The notes beneath the pieces were generated by a model, which saw only the letters and a list, made by a program, of their open reading frames with translations, did not search any database and had not been told where the DNA came from. Positions 53,639 through 62,314 of a stretch of DNA of 64,000 nt are shown here, piece after piece. Position 1 is the first letter of the stretch. The number at the start of each line of letters is the position of its first letter. The position numbers were made by a program, and so were the translations under genes. Origin of the DNA: an uncultured Actinomycetes bacterium (lineage in GTDB: Bacteria > Actinomycetota > Thermoleophilia > Gaiellales > JAICJC01); assembly GCA_963825325.1 (NCBI GenBank), contig CAWGSU010000006.1, positions 66,155 to 130,154 of the forward strand. The letters run 5' to 3'.

Positions 53639-54387
53639 CTTGCGACCTCCGCCGGGACTCGTGCCGCGATGATCGTCCCGATCCGCTCCCCGCGCACGAC
53701 CCGCTCGATATTCGACTCGTCGTCCAGGTTGAAAACGTACAGCGGGACACGGTTGTCCATGCACAGCGAGAGGGCGGTCGTGTCCATCACCTTGAGGCCG
53801 CGCTCGATCGCCTCGAGGTGGGTCAGCTCCGGGATCAGACGGGCGTCGGGGTTGATGCGCGGGTCGGAGTCCATCACGCCGGCGACGCCGTTCTTGCCCA
53901 TGAGGATGCCCTCGGCGCCGATCTCGAGCGCCCGCAGCGCGGCGGCGGTGTCGGTCGTGAAGAACGGGTTGCCCGTGCCCGCCGCGAAGATCACCACGCG
54001 GCCCTTCTCGAGGTGGCGGATCGCGCGGCGGCGGATGTACGGCTCGGCCACCTGCGAGACGTTGATCGCCGACTGCACCCGCGTATGGACGCCGAGCTGC
54101 TCGAGGGCGTCCGAGATCGTGAGCGCGTTCAGGAGCGTCGCCAGCATGCCGGCGTAGTCGGCGGTCGCCCGGTCCATGCCGCGCGCCGCCTCCTGCGTCC
54201 CGCGCAGGATGTTGCCGCCGCCGACGACGATCGCGACCTGCACGCCCTGGTCGTGCACCGTCGTGAGCGCCTTGGCGATCGCCGTGATCCGGCCGGGGTC
54301 CTGGCCGTAGTCGCGCTCGCCCATGAGCGCCTCGCCGGACAGCTTCAAGAGGATCCGCCCGAACGCGGCGTCACCTTCGGGCGTCAC
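53635..54387 (-). CDS. pyrH: UMP kinase
   Basis: The 250-aa product has [11 protein letters not shown]...[10 protein letters not shown]...[20 protein letters not shown]. Confidence 0.96.
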   Translation of the reverse strand: MTPEGDAAFGRILLKLSGEALMGERDYGQDPGRITAIAKALTTVHDQGVQVAIVVGGGNILRGTQEAARGMDRATADYAGMLATLLNALTISDALEQLGVHTRVQSAINVSQVAEPYIRRRAIRHLEKGRVVIFAAGTGNPFFTTDTAAALRALEIGAEGILMGKNGVAGVMDSDPRINPDARLIPELTHLEAIERGLKVMDTTALSLCMDNRVPLYVFNLDDESNIERVVRGERIGTIIAARVPAEVAR

Positions 54388-54998
54388 GCGCCACCCACCT
54401 CGAAGCGGGCGAAGCGCTTGATCTCGATGTTCTCGCCGAGCGTGCCCGAGAGCTCGGCGCGCAGCGTCTCCATGGTCTTTCCGTCGTCGTCCGGATGGAT
54501 CGAGGGCTGGCTCAGGAGCACCGTCTCGACCAGGGACTTCTTGAACATGCCGTCGGCGATCTTTCCGAGCATGGCCTCGGGCTTGCCCTCGGCGGCGGCC
54601 TTGGCGCGGTAGATCTCGAGCTCGGCCGCGCGGAACTCGTCCGAGACATCCGTCTCGGACACGAACCGCAGGTCACGGCCGCTCGCCACCTGCAGCGCCA
54701 CCTTGCGTGCGAAGGCCTGGAACTGCTCGTTGCGGGCAACGAAGTCGGTCTCGGAGCCGACCTCGACCATGGCGCCGATGCGGCCGCCCGCGTGGACGTA
54801 GGTCGCGACCGTGCCCTCGCCGGTGCCGCGCCCGGCCCGCTTGCCGGCCGAGGCGATCCCCTTCTCACGCAGGTGCTTGACGGCCGCGTCCATGTCGCCC
54901 TTCGTCTCGACGAGGGCGTTGCGGCAATCCATCATCCCGGCCTGCGTCGTCTCCCGCAGCTGCTTCACGTCAGCCGCAGTGGGCTTGTAGTCGTTCAC
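54384..54998 (-). CDS. tsf: Elongation factor Ts (short form)
   Basis: The 204-aa product has [37 protein letters not shown]...ETDFVARN. Confidence 0.95.
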   Translation of the reverse strand: MNDYKPTAADVKQLRETTQAGMMDCRNALVETKGDMDAAVKHLREKGIASAGKRAGRGTGEGTVATYVHAGGRIGAMVEVGSETDFVARNEQFQAFARKVALQVASGRDLRFVSETDVSDEFRAAELEIYRAKAAAEGKPEAMLGKIADGMFKKSLVETVLLSQPSIHPDDDGKTMETLRAELSGTLGENIEIKRFARFEVGGA

Positions 54999-55903
54999 GC
55001 CGGGTCCTCGCTCGACGCGGGCTCATCGGTCGTCGCAGCCGCCTCGGGCACGGACTCGGGTTCGGCCGGGGGTGCCGCGGCCTGCGCTTCGGCCTGCGCC
55101 TCGGCGGGCGCGTCGGCGACGGCGGTCTCGGGTGCGTCGGCCGCTGCCTGCGGCTCGCCGCCCTCGGCCGGCGCCTCGCCCTCGTCCCCGTTCTCGGAGA
55201 CAAAGTCGGACACCTTCACACCGCGGTTCTTGCCCTCGGCGATCGCGTCGGCCAGCAGCCGCACGATCAGGGCCGAGGAGCGGATGGCGTCGTCGTTGCC
55301 GGGGATGATGAAGTCGGCGTCGTCGGGATCGCAGTTGGTGTCCACGAGGCCGATGACGGGGATGTTCAGGCGCCGGGCCTCGCGCACCGCGAGCGCCTCC
55401 TTCTTCATGTCGATCACGACGATCGCGTCAGGCAGCTTGCGCGTGTCGGCCACGCCGCCCAGGTTGGCCTCGAGCTTCTCGAGCTCCGACAGGGTCGAGG
55501 CGCGCTCCTTCGACGGGAGCAGGTCGAGCTGGCCGTCGCTCTTCTGCCGCCGCAGCCCGTGCAGGGCGGTGATGCGCTCCTGGATCGTCCGGTAGTTGGT
55601 CAGGAGACCCCCCAGCCAGCGATGGTTCACGTAGGGCATGCCGACGCGCGCGGCGTGCTCGGCCACGGCGTCCTGCGCCTGCTTCTTCGTACCGACGAAG
55701 AGCACGGTGCCGTTGCGCTCGCCGATGTTCGACACGTAGTTGAACGACTCGTGCAGCAGCGCCATCGTCTGCTGCAGGTCGATGATGTAGATGCCGCCGC
55801 GCTCGCCGAAGATGAACCGGCGCATCTTGGGGTTCCAGCGTCTGGTCTGGTGGCCGAAGTGGACTCCAGCCTCCAGCAGCTCGCGCATCGTGACCTGAGG
55901 CAC
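54995..55903 (-). CDS. rpsB: 30S ribosomal protein S2 with an Ala/Pro/Glu-rich C-terminal tail
   Basis: It starts at GTG 55903 ((V)PQVTMRELLEAGVHFGHQTRRWNPKM...). The last 60 or so residues are low-complexity and acidic. Confidence 0.95.
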   Translation of the reverse strand: MPQVTMRELLEAGVHFGHQTRRWNPKMRRFIFGERGGIYIIDLQQTMALLHESFNYVSNIGERNGTVLFVGTKKQAQDAVAEHAARVGMPYVNHRWLGGLLTNYRTIQERITALHGLRRQKSDGQLDLLPSKERASTLSELEKLEANLGGVADTRKLPDAIVVIDMKKEALAVREARRLNIPVIGLVDTNCDPDDADFIIPGNDDAIRSSALIVRLLADAIAEGKNRGVKVSDFVSENGDEGEAPAEGGEPQAAADAPETAVADAPAEAQAEAQAAAPPAEPESVPEAAATTDEPASSEDPA

Positions 55904-55908
55904 GTGCA

Positions 55909-55915
55909 CTCCTTC
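55909..55915 (-). promoter_or_regulatory. Shine-Dalgarno (GAAGGAG) of rpsB
   Basis: The minus-sense sequence is GAAGGAG-TGCAC-GTG, giving 5-nt spacing. Confidence 0.6.
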
Positions 55916-56056
55916 GATCGGTTGGGTCAGATTCCGGCGGGGCGCTCCGGAGTCCCACGGTTGTCGCGGAACACCGCCGGCGCGCACAGGATCCACCGGG
56001 TCGGGAAAACGGGCAGAAGCGGCGGGGATTCTAGCCCAGGCCTCGCTGCGATGCCG

Positions 56057-56950
56057 CTAGGCCTCGCGCGCGAGGGTGAGTGCGGCCGCCAGGTCGGCCG
56101 GGAGCTCCGAGTGCACCTCGAGCGGCTCGCCGGTGACCGGATGTGTCAGGCGCAGCTCGGCCGCGTGCAGGAACTGGCGCTCGAGGCCGAGCTCGGGACC
56201 GTGGCCGTAGGTGGGATCGCCGACGACGGGCGTGCCGATCGCCGCCAGGTGGACGCGAATCTGGTGCGTGCGCCCGGTCTGCAGCGTCACGCGCAGCAGC
56301 GAGCGGCCCGGCAGCGCCTCGACGAGCTCGAAGTCGGTGACGGCGTCGCGGGGGTGGTCGGTCTCGAGCGACATCCGGGTCGGGTCGCGGCGGTCGCGCC
56401 CGATCTCGGCCTCGATGCGGCCGCGGCGCGACCGCGGGCGCCCGCGCACGAGCGCGATGTACGTGCGGCCGATCCGGCGGCGGCGCAGCTGCGCCTGCAG
56501 GCGCGCGAGCGTGCGCGCGTCGCGGGCCACGAGCAGCAGGCCGGAGGTGTCGCGATCGAGCCGGTGCACGATCCCGGGGCGGGCATCGTCCCCGCCCGCG
56601 GCGATCCCGGCGAGCGCGTCCACAAGCGTCGGACCGCGGTACCGGGGCACAGGATGCACCAGCAGTCCGGCGGGCTTGTCGGCCACGACGAGGTACTCGT
56701 CGGCGTAGGCGAGCGGCACGCCGACGCCGGCCGGTGGCGGTACCGCCGCGGGCGGCTCAGGCTCGGGCAGCGTCACCACCGCTCCGGCGCCGAGCCGGTG
56801 CGATTTGGGCCGGGCGGCACCGTCGACCAGCACCAGGCCGGCATCGATCAGCCGCTCGGCGCCGGCGCGCGAGCCAACCTCCTCGTGCCCCGCGACGAAC
56901 CGGTCGAGGCGCATGCCGCCCGCATCCGGCGGCACCTCGAGCTCGATCAC
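56057..56950 (-). CDS. rluD: RluA-family 23S rRNA pseudouridine synthase (RluD-like)
   Basis: It has an S4-like N-terminus and the catalytic HRLDRDTSGLLLVA motif. It has a 4-nt overlap with lspA. Confidence 0.9.
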   Translation of the reverse strand: MIELEVPPDAGGMRLDRFVAGHEEVGSRAGAERLIDAGLVLVDGAARPKSHRLGAGAVVTLPEPEPPAAVPPPAGVGVPLAYADEYLVVADKPAGLLVHPVPRYRGPTLVDALAGIAAGGDDARPGIVHRLDRDTSGLLLVARDARTLARLQAQLRRRRIGRTYIALVRGRPRSRRGRIEAEIGRDRRDPTRMSLETDHPRDAVTDFELVEALPGRSLLRVTLQTGRTHQIRVHLAAIGTPVVGDPTYGHGPELGLERQFLHAAELRLTHPVTGEPLEVHSELPADLAAALTLAREA

Positions 56951-57480
56951 GGCCGTTCGAGCTCGGCGGACGCGTCCAGGTCGACCGGCACCTCACGATG
57001 CCGGTGCTCGACCCGCACCAAGCCGAGCGCCAAAAGGCCCACCCCGATCACGATGAAGCTGTCGGCGAGGTTGAACGTGGGCCAGTGGCTGATGTGGATG
57101 AAGTCCGTGACGTGACCGTCGCGGACGCGGTCTGCCAGGTTCGAGATGCTGCCGCCCACGAGCAGGCCGAGCGCGACGGGAAAGAGCACGTGGCGCGAGC
57201 CGGAGCGGGCGAAGTGGACGAGCATCCACACCACCGCCGCCGCCGTTAGGAGCGACACGATCCCCAGCCGTCCGGGGAAGATCCCGAATGCGATCCCGCT
57301 GTTGCGCACGTGCGTGATCGAGACGAACGGGAGCACGCGGTGGGTCTCCTCGAGCGCCAGCCGCTGCTCGATCGCGCGCTTCGTCACCTGGTCGGCCACG
57401 ATCGCAGCGACCGCGACGGCCGCCAGCCCCGCCCACTGCAATGACCCCGCCCGGTGCACAGGCTGGGGCTCTGCCTCCAC
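56947..57480 (-). CDS. lspA: Lipoprotein signal peptidase (signal peptidase II)
   Basis: It has VRNSGIAFG, GGSISNLADR and FNLADSFIVIG. The start is uncertain: I chose GTG 57480, but ATG 57513 would overlap the upstream gene. Confidence 0.85.
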   Translation of the reverse strand: MEAEPQPVHRAGSLQWAGLAAVAVAAIVADQVTKRAIEQRLALEETHRVLPFVSITHVRNSGIAFGIFPGRLGIVSLLTAAAVVWMLVHFARSGSRHVLFPVALGLLVGGSISNLADRVRDGHVTDFIHISHWPTFNLADSFIVIGVGLLALGLVRVEHRHREVPVDLDASAELERP

Positions 57481-57485
57481 GTGGG

Positions 57486-57854
57486 TCAGCCCCGCTCCTC
57501 CAGGCGTTTGCATTCGATGCACTTCGTCGCCCACGGCAGCGCCTCCAGTCGCTCGTGCGCGATCGGGGCGCCGCAGCGGTCGCACATGCCGTACGCCCCG
57601 GCCTCGATGCGCGCGAGCGCCGAGTCGATCGCCGCCAGCAGGTGCTCGGCGTTGTCCTCGAGCGAAAGCTCGATCCCGCGGTCGAGCGTCTCCGCCGCGC
57701 TGTCGGCCGAGTTGCCTTCGGCCGTGTCTGCGGCGGCGGCGTCGACAACCGACGGCGATGCCTCCTCGGCCAAGCGGCCGCGCTCCTCAACGATCGTGGA
57801 GCGCTGCTCCGTCAGGCGACGCTTGACGGCTTCGATGTCGACGGTCACAGCCAC
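57486..57854 (-). CDS. DksA/TraR-family C4-type zinc-finger protein
   Basis: The 122-aa product has an acidic coiled N-terminus and a C-terminal CDRCGAPIAHERLEALPWATKCIEC motif (CxxC-N17-CxxC). Confidence 0.8.
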   Translation of the reverse strand: MAVTVDIEAVKRRLTEQRSTIVEERGRLAEEASPSVVDAAAADTAEGNSADSAAETLDRGIELSLEDNAEHLLAAIDSALARIEAGAYGMCDRCGAPIAHERLEALPWATKCIECKRLEERG

Positions 57855-57872
57855 GGCTCACCCCCGCAGATG

Positions 57873-57878
57873 AGTATA
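57873..57878 (-). promoter_or_regulatory. Putative -10 (TATACT) 18 nt upstream of the dksA-like GTG
   Basis: The minus-sense sequence is TGGCTATACT-CATCTGCGGGGGTGAGCC-GTG. It shares the 10-mer TGGCTATACT with the rpmF flank. Confidence 0.35.
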
Positions 57879-57909
57879 GCCACGCCCCTTGGGCGCGGAC
57901 CGGGGCCGA

Positions 57910-58452
57910 TCAGCCGCCGGCGCTGACGACGTCGTCCGGCTGATTGAGGGCCGGGCGGACGGCCGTGGCGGCGGCCTCGGGCTCGTCGGCGGCGCCGGCG
58001 AGGCGCTCCTCGTGGTCGCGCACCGCCTCGAGGATCGCACCCAGGAGCGACCGCAGGCGCAGCCGGAACTCGGCCTCCTCGGCCTGCAACCTGGCCATCT
58101 CGCGTCGCACCCGCTCGCGCTCGGCGTAGGCCTCGTGGACGAGGTCGCGGCTCTTGGCCTCGGCCTCCCGTACGATCAGCTCCGCCTGGCGCGACGCGCT
58201 CGCGCGCATCTCGTCCGCGGCCCGCTCGGCGGTGACGAGCGCATTTCGCATCGCCTGCTCACCTTCGCGGTGACGGCTGAGCTCCTGCTCGAGCTCGTGC
58301 ACGTGGTCGTGCAGCTCCGCGCGCTCGCGCCACACCGCCTCGTAGGCCACGGTCGCCTCAACGAGCAGCCGGTCGACGTCGGCGCGCCGGTAGCCGATCA
58401 GTCCGCGGCCGGGGCGCTCATGTCGAAGCTCTGCAGGTGACAACGATGACAT
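57910..58452 (-). CDS. divIVA: DivIVA-domain cell-division/polarity protein
   Basis: The N-terminal DivIVA motif (LSPAELRHERPGRGLIGYRRADVDRLL) is followed by a coiled coil. The start is preceded by GGAG. Confidence 0.85.
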   Translation of the reverse strand: MSSLSPAELRHERPGRGLIGYRRADVDRLLVEATVAYEAVWRERAELHDHVHELEQELSRHREGEQAMRNALVTAERAADEMRASASRQAELIVREAEAKSRDLVHEAYAERERVRREMARLQAEEAEFRLRLRSLLGAILEAVRDHEERLAGAADEPEAAATAVRPALNQPDDVVSAGG

Positions 58453-58521
58453 GTCGCTCCGTTCGCCGCCGCCGCGTGCACTCCTTTTTGTGAGCCCGCC
58501 TCCGATCAGCTCCTGTTGCGG

Positions 58522-58800
58522 CTACCGGAACCCATCCAGGATCGCGATCACGATGCGTTCCAACACCGAGAGGCCGAAGAGCGCGACGAGCGGCGAGAGG
58601 TCAAAGCCGCCCAGCGACGGCAGCACGGCCCGCAGCGGGCGCAGCAGCGGCTCGACGGTGTCGTGCAGGAAGCCGCGGAGCCGACCCACCCAGACGTTGT
58701 ACGGCAGCTGCACCCAGGACATCAGCACGTACAGGATGATGAGCAGGGAATACACGACGTACAGCGAGAAGACGAACTGCTCGGCTGTGGTGATCCCCAT
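58522..58800 (-). CDS. yggT: YggT family membrane protein
   Basis: The 92-aa product starts at ATG 58800 (LLIILYVLMSWVQLPYN...FDLSPLVALF). Confidence 0.85.
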   Translation of the reverse strand: MGITTAEQFVFSLYVVYSLLIILYVLMSWVQLPYNVWVGRLRGFLHDTVEPLLRPLRAVLPSLGGFDLSPLVALFGLSVLERIVIAILDGFR

Positions 58801-58808
58801 CGTCGGCG

Positions 58809-59621
58809 TCAGCCTAGCTCGCCGGCCCGGCGCACCGCCGCCGTCACCCCATCGATGATCGACCCGCGCACGCCGCCGCGCTCCATCGCCGCGAGGCCGG
58901 CCGCGGCGGTGCCGCCGGGGCTTGTCACCATGCGCCGCAGGTCGGCACAGCCGAGGTCGTCCTCGCGCAGGAGCGCCGCCGTGCCCGCCACGGTGGAGAG
59001 AAACAGCCGGCGCGCGTCGCGATGGGTGAGGCCGGCGACGATGCCGGCGTCCTCGAAGGCCTCGATGATCAGGCCGAGGAATGCGGGCCCGGAGCCCGAC
59101 AGCGCCGTGGCGGCGTCGAACAGGCGCTCCTCGAGCGGCACGACCTCGCCAAGCATCGTGAACACGGCGAGCACCGCCTGCTCGGCGGCGGTGTCGGTGA
59201 ACCGCCCCGACGAGAACGCGAGCGACCCGGCGCCGACGCTCACACCGATGTTGGGCATGAACCGGAAGACGGGGGCGTCGACGTCGAGGATCGTCTCGAG
59301 CGTTGCGGTGCCGACGCCCGCGGCCACCGACGCGATCACCTTTTGCGGCGTCATGAGACCCGAGACCTCGCGCAGCACCCGCTCGACATCGATGGGCTTC
59401 ACGCACAGGACGACGATGTCCGCGGCCTCGACGAGCTCGGCGTTCGAGGCCGTGTGGCGGAGGCCGTGCCGGGCCGCCAGCGCGGCCGCGCGGCCCGAGC
59501 CCTTGTCGGTGACGAGGATCCGCTCGGCCATGCCTGGGTCGGCCCTGACCCAGCCGGTGACCATGGCCGAGGCCATGTTGCCGGAGCCGAGCAGGCCGAG
59601 CACGGGAGAGGTGGTGCTCAT
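58809..59621 (-). CDS. proC: Pyrroline-5-carboxylate reductase
   Basis: The 270-aa product starts at ATG 59621 (LGLLGSGNMASAM...VVLCVKP...SGSGPAF...VTSPGGTT-like VTSPGGTAAAGL). Confidence 0.93.
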   Translation of the reverse strand: MSTTSPVLGLLGSGNMASAMVTGWVRADPGMAERILVTDKGSGRAAALAARHGLRHTASNAELVEAADIVVLCVKPIDVERVLREVSGLMTPQKVIASVAAGVGTATLETILDVDAPVFRFMPNIGVSVGAGSLAFSSGRFTDTAAEQAVLAVFTMLGEVVPLEERLFDAATALSGSGPAFLGLIIEAFEDAGIVAGLTHRDARRLFLSTVAGTAALLREDDLGCADLRRMVTSPGGTAAAGLAAMERGGVRGSIIDGVTAAVRRAGELG

Positions 59622-59631
59622 CGAGCCCGGA

Positions 59632-59637
59632 AGCCTA
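59632..59637 (-). promoter_or_regulatory. Putative -10 (TAGGCT) 10 nt upstream of the proC ATG
   Basis: The minus-sense sequence is TAGGCT-TCCGGGCTCG-ATG. Confidence 0.3.
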
Positions 59638-59684
59638 TCGCCGGGCGTGGCGGCGGGTCGCCCGTACGGCCGCAGGCCCCGGCC

Positions 59685-59708
59685 GGATTGTCGCGTAGCG
59701 CACAATCC
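59685..59708. promoter_or_regulatory. Inverted repeat GGATTGT-N10-ACAATCC in the proC/lipoprotein divergent region
   Basis: Two 7-bp perfect arms lie in an AT-richer patch of the 147-nt intergenic region. It could be an operator or an RNA hairpin. Confidence 0.25.
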
Positions 59709-59768
59709 CGCCCCCTCCAAGCCGTCGTAGCTCTCTGAAACGATCAAACTCAGAGGAGCACAGTCAGC

Positions 59769-60272
59769 ATGAACATCCACATCGCACCACGGGTCAAGGC
59801 CGCGCTGGCCGTCGCATCGATCGCGCTGGCGGCGGCGTGCGGCTCGGCCGCGGGCACAACGGGCGTCTCCCACGGGGCGTCCGGCGTCGTCCGCACGGCG
59901 CAGAACGCCAGCATCGGCGGCCAGGTGCTCGTAAACAGCAGAGGCATGACCCTCTACACCCTCTCGGCCGAGCGCAACGGCCGCTTCATCTGCACCAGCA
60001 AGTGCACGCAGCTGTGGAAGCCCCTGCTCGTGAAGGGCGCCGTGCACGCGGCCGGCATCGGATCGCTCGGCACCGTCATGCGCCCCGGCGGCGGCGGCAC
60101 GCAGCTCACGTACAAGGGCCGCCCGCTCTACGCGTTCGCCAACGATCGCGCGCCCGGCGACGCCTCCGGCAACGGCTTCAAGGACGTCGGAGTCTGGCGG
60201 GCCGCGACGGTCGGCGCGGCAACCGCCGCGGCCGCTGCGGCGCCGTCGAACAGCGGCGGGTACGGCTACTGA
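59769..60272 (+). CDS. Secreted lipoprotein, COG4315 / Yx(FWY)xxD-repeat family
   Basis: The signal peptide carries a lipobox (IALAAAC). The family motif occurs twice (GMTLYTLSAE; RPLYAFANDRAPGDASGNG). The start is preceded by AGAGGAG. Confidence 0.8.
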   Translation: MNIHIAPRVKAALAVASIALAAACGSAAGTTGVSHGASGVVRTAQNASIGGQVLVNSRGMTLYTLSAERNGRFICTSKCTQLWKPLLVKGAVHAAGIGSLGTVMRPGGGGTQLTYKGRPLYAFANDRAPGDASGNGFKDVGVWRAATVGAATAAAAAAPSNSGGYGY

Positions 60273-60288
60273 CGCACCCGAGGGGTTC

Positions 60289-60323
60289 CTGCGCCAGAAG
60301 GGGTCTGACCCCTTCTGGCGCAG
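60289..60323. terminator. 17-bp perfect hairpin between the convergent lipoprotein gene and sepF (hairpin family copy D)
   Basis: The sequence is CTGCGCCAGAAGGGGTC-T-GACCCCTTCTGGCGCAG. Its core GGGGTCTGACCCC is identical to that of copy A. Confidence 0.65.
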
Positions 60324-60326
60324 CGC

Positions 60327-60881
60327 CTAGTACTGGTTGAAGAAGCCGCGCTCCATGAGCAGCGCCTTGTCCTCGGCCGACACCGAGATCGAGGCGGGCG
60401 TCAGCAGGAAGACGCGGTCGGCCACGCGCTGCATCGAGCCGTCGAGCGCGTATGTGAGCCCGCTGGCGAAGTCGACAAGGCGCTTGGCGAGCTCCGGGTC
60501 GGCGCTCTGGAAGTTGATGATCACCGGCACGTCGGACTTGAGCTTGTCGGCCACCTTCTGCGCGTCGTTGAAGCTCTTGGGCACCACGAGCGACACCTGG
60601 CCGGCCGTGCGATGGCCGCCGTTCTGTGGCACCGGCCCGCCGTTTCGGCCGCCGCGGATCGGGACCGGGCCGCCCTGCGGCGCCTCCTCCGAGAAGATGT
60701 CGTCGAAGTCGGAGCCGGGCCGGCGGCGCGGCGAGAGCCGGCGCACGTTCGGCCGTTCGCTGTAGACCTGCTCCAGATCCTCGTGGGCAGCGGATCCGTC
60801 ATCGTCGTACTCGTCCTCCCAGTCCTCCTCGCGTACACCGAAGTAGACCAAGGTCGAGTTCCACAGATCGCTCAGGGCCAT
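60327..60881 (-). CDS. sepF: Cell division protein SepF
   Basis: The 184-aa product starts at ATG 60881. It has the N-terminal MALSDLWNSTLVYFG and the conserved C-terminal domain (VVPKSFNDAQKVADKLKSDVPVIINF...VFLLTP). Confidence 0.9.
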   Translation of the reverse strand: MALSDLWNSTLVYFGVREEDWEDEYDDDGSAAHEDLEQVYSERPNVRRLSPRRRPGSDFDDIFSEEAPQGGPVPIRGGRNGGPVPQNGGHRTAGQVSLVVPKSFNDAQKVADKLKSDVPVIINFQSADPELAKRLVDFASGLTYALDGSMQRVADRVFLLTPASISVSAEDKALLMERGFFNQY

Positions 60882-60891
60882 GTGACCGAGA

Positions 60892-60897
60892 ACTCTA
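60892..60897 (-). promoter_or_regulatory. Putative -10 (TAGAGT) 10 nt upstream of the sepF ATG
   Basis: The minus-sense sequence is TAGAGT-TCTCGGTCAC-ATG. The TAG is the yggS stop. Confidence 0.25.
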
Positions 60898-61554
60898 CCG
60901 CCCGTAGAGGACGCCACCCACCCGCACGATCGTCGCACCCTCCTGTGCAGCCACCGCGAAGTCCTGGCTCGTGCCCATGCTCAGGTGGTCGAACTCGTGC
61001 CGACCGCGCCACGCCGGCGCGAGCCGGTCGCGCACCTCGCGCAGCGCGGCGAACCACGGCCGTGCGTGCTCGGGATCCGACACGGCGGGCGGCATCGTCA
61101 TCAGGCCGCGGAACCGGACGCCGGCCAGCGGCCCGACCGACTCGAGAAATGCGTCCACCTCGGCGGGCGCCACGCCTGACTTGGTGTCCTCGCCGGCGAC
61201 GTTCACCTGCAGCAGGCAGTCGACCGTGCTCTCGGGCGCCCGCCGGCGCTCGAGCTGCTCGCAGGCGGACAGCGAGTCGACCGCGTGGATCAGGCGCACG
61301 CGGCCGACGATGTCGCGCACCTTGCGGCTCTGGACGTGGCCGATGAAGTCCCAGGTGAAGAGGTCGCCGAACCGCTCCTGCTTGGGAATCAGCGAGTCGG
61401 TGCGGTTCTCGCCGACCAGCGTGACGCCGGCCGCCTGCAGCGCGGGCAGGTCTTCGGCCTCGACGTACTTCGTGGCCGCGAGGATCTCGACGTCGGGCCC
61501 GACGAGGGCACGGATCCGGTCCAGGTTCTCGGCGACGGCGGCCGGGTCAAGCAT
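60895..61554 (-). CDS. yggS: YggS family pyridoxal-phosphate homeostasis protein
   Basis: The 219-aa product starts at ATG 61554 (ILAATKYV...GENR...WDFIGHVQSRK...LSMGTSQDF). Confidence 0.9.
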   Translation of the reverse strand: MLDPAAVAENLDRIRALVGPDVEILAATKYVEAEDLPALQAAGVTLVGENRTDSLIPKQERFGDLFTWDFIGHVQSRKVRDIVGRVRLIHAVDSLSACEQLERRRAPESTVDCLLQVNVAGEDTKSGVAPAEVDAFLESVGPLAGVRFRGLMTMPPAVSDPEHARPWFAALREVRDRLAPAWRGRHEFDHLSMGTSQDFAVAAQEGATIVRVGGVLYGR

Positions 61555-62314
61555 GCAGCACCCCCACGACGCCCTGGCGGCCGGTGACGCCGTTGTCGCG
61601 CCGGTGCGAGAAGTAGCGGTCGGGATTGCAGATGCTGCACTCGCCGGCGACCGCCACCTGCCGGGCGCCGGCCGACTCGAGCGCGCGCTGCGCGCACAGC
61701 CACAGGTCGGCCCGGCCGGCGCGGACGACGTCGGCGCCGAAGCGGGCCTGCAGCTGCGCGGCGACGTCATCGCCCACCTCGTAGCAGCACGGCCCCGCGC
61801 CGGGGCCGACCGCGCCCACGACTTCGCCACCGACGGCCTCCACCCCCGCCTCCACGACGCCGGCCTCCAGGCCGCGCCAGCCGGCGTGCAGCACCGCCAG
61901 GCGACGGCCGTCGGCGCGCGCGATCGCGACCGGCAGACAGTCGGCGGTGAGCAGCATCATCGGCCGGCCGGTGAGGGCGGTCGCGAGGCCGTCCGAGCGC
62001 GGGAACGGCTCGGCGCCCGGCTCGAGGAAGCGGCCGCTCGCCGGCTCGGCCACCACCTCTCGCACGGTGGTTCCATGCACCTGCCAGGCCATCGTCGCCT
62101 GGGCCGGGTCGCCGCCGGCCGCATCGACGGCCCGGCGCCGGTTCTCGGCCACGCTGCCCGGCTCGTCGGCGGTGAGCGCGCCCAGGTTGAGCGATGCGAA
62201 CGGCCCGTGCGAGGTGCCGCCCCGCCGCGAGGTGAACGCCACCGCGACTCCCTCGGGCGCCGACTCCCACCGCAGCACCGGCACCGGTCCGTCATCCCAT
62301 TGCAGATCGGTCAC
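61547..62314 (-). CDS. pgeF: Peptidoglycan editing factor PgeF (YfiH/DUF152 laccase-domain protein)
   Basis: The 255-aa product has FTSRRGG...LNLG...QVHG...TADCLPV...HAGWRG...C...FSHRRD. Confidence 0.88.
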   Translation of the reverse strand: MTDLQWDDGPVPVLRWESAPEGVAVAFTSRRGGTSHGPFASLNLGALTADEPGSVAENRRRAVDAAGGDPAQATMAWQVHGTTVREVVAEPASGRFLEPGAEPFPRSDGLATALTGRPMMLLTADCLPVAIARADGRRLAVLHAGWRGLEAGVVEAGVEAVGGEVVGAVGPGAGPCCYEVGDDVAAQLQARFGADVVRAGRADLWLCAQRALESAGARQVAVAGECSICNPDRYFSHRRDNGVTGRQGVVGVLHA

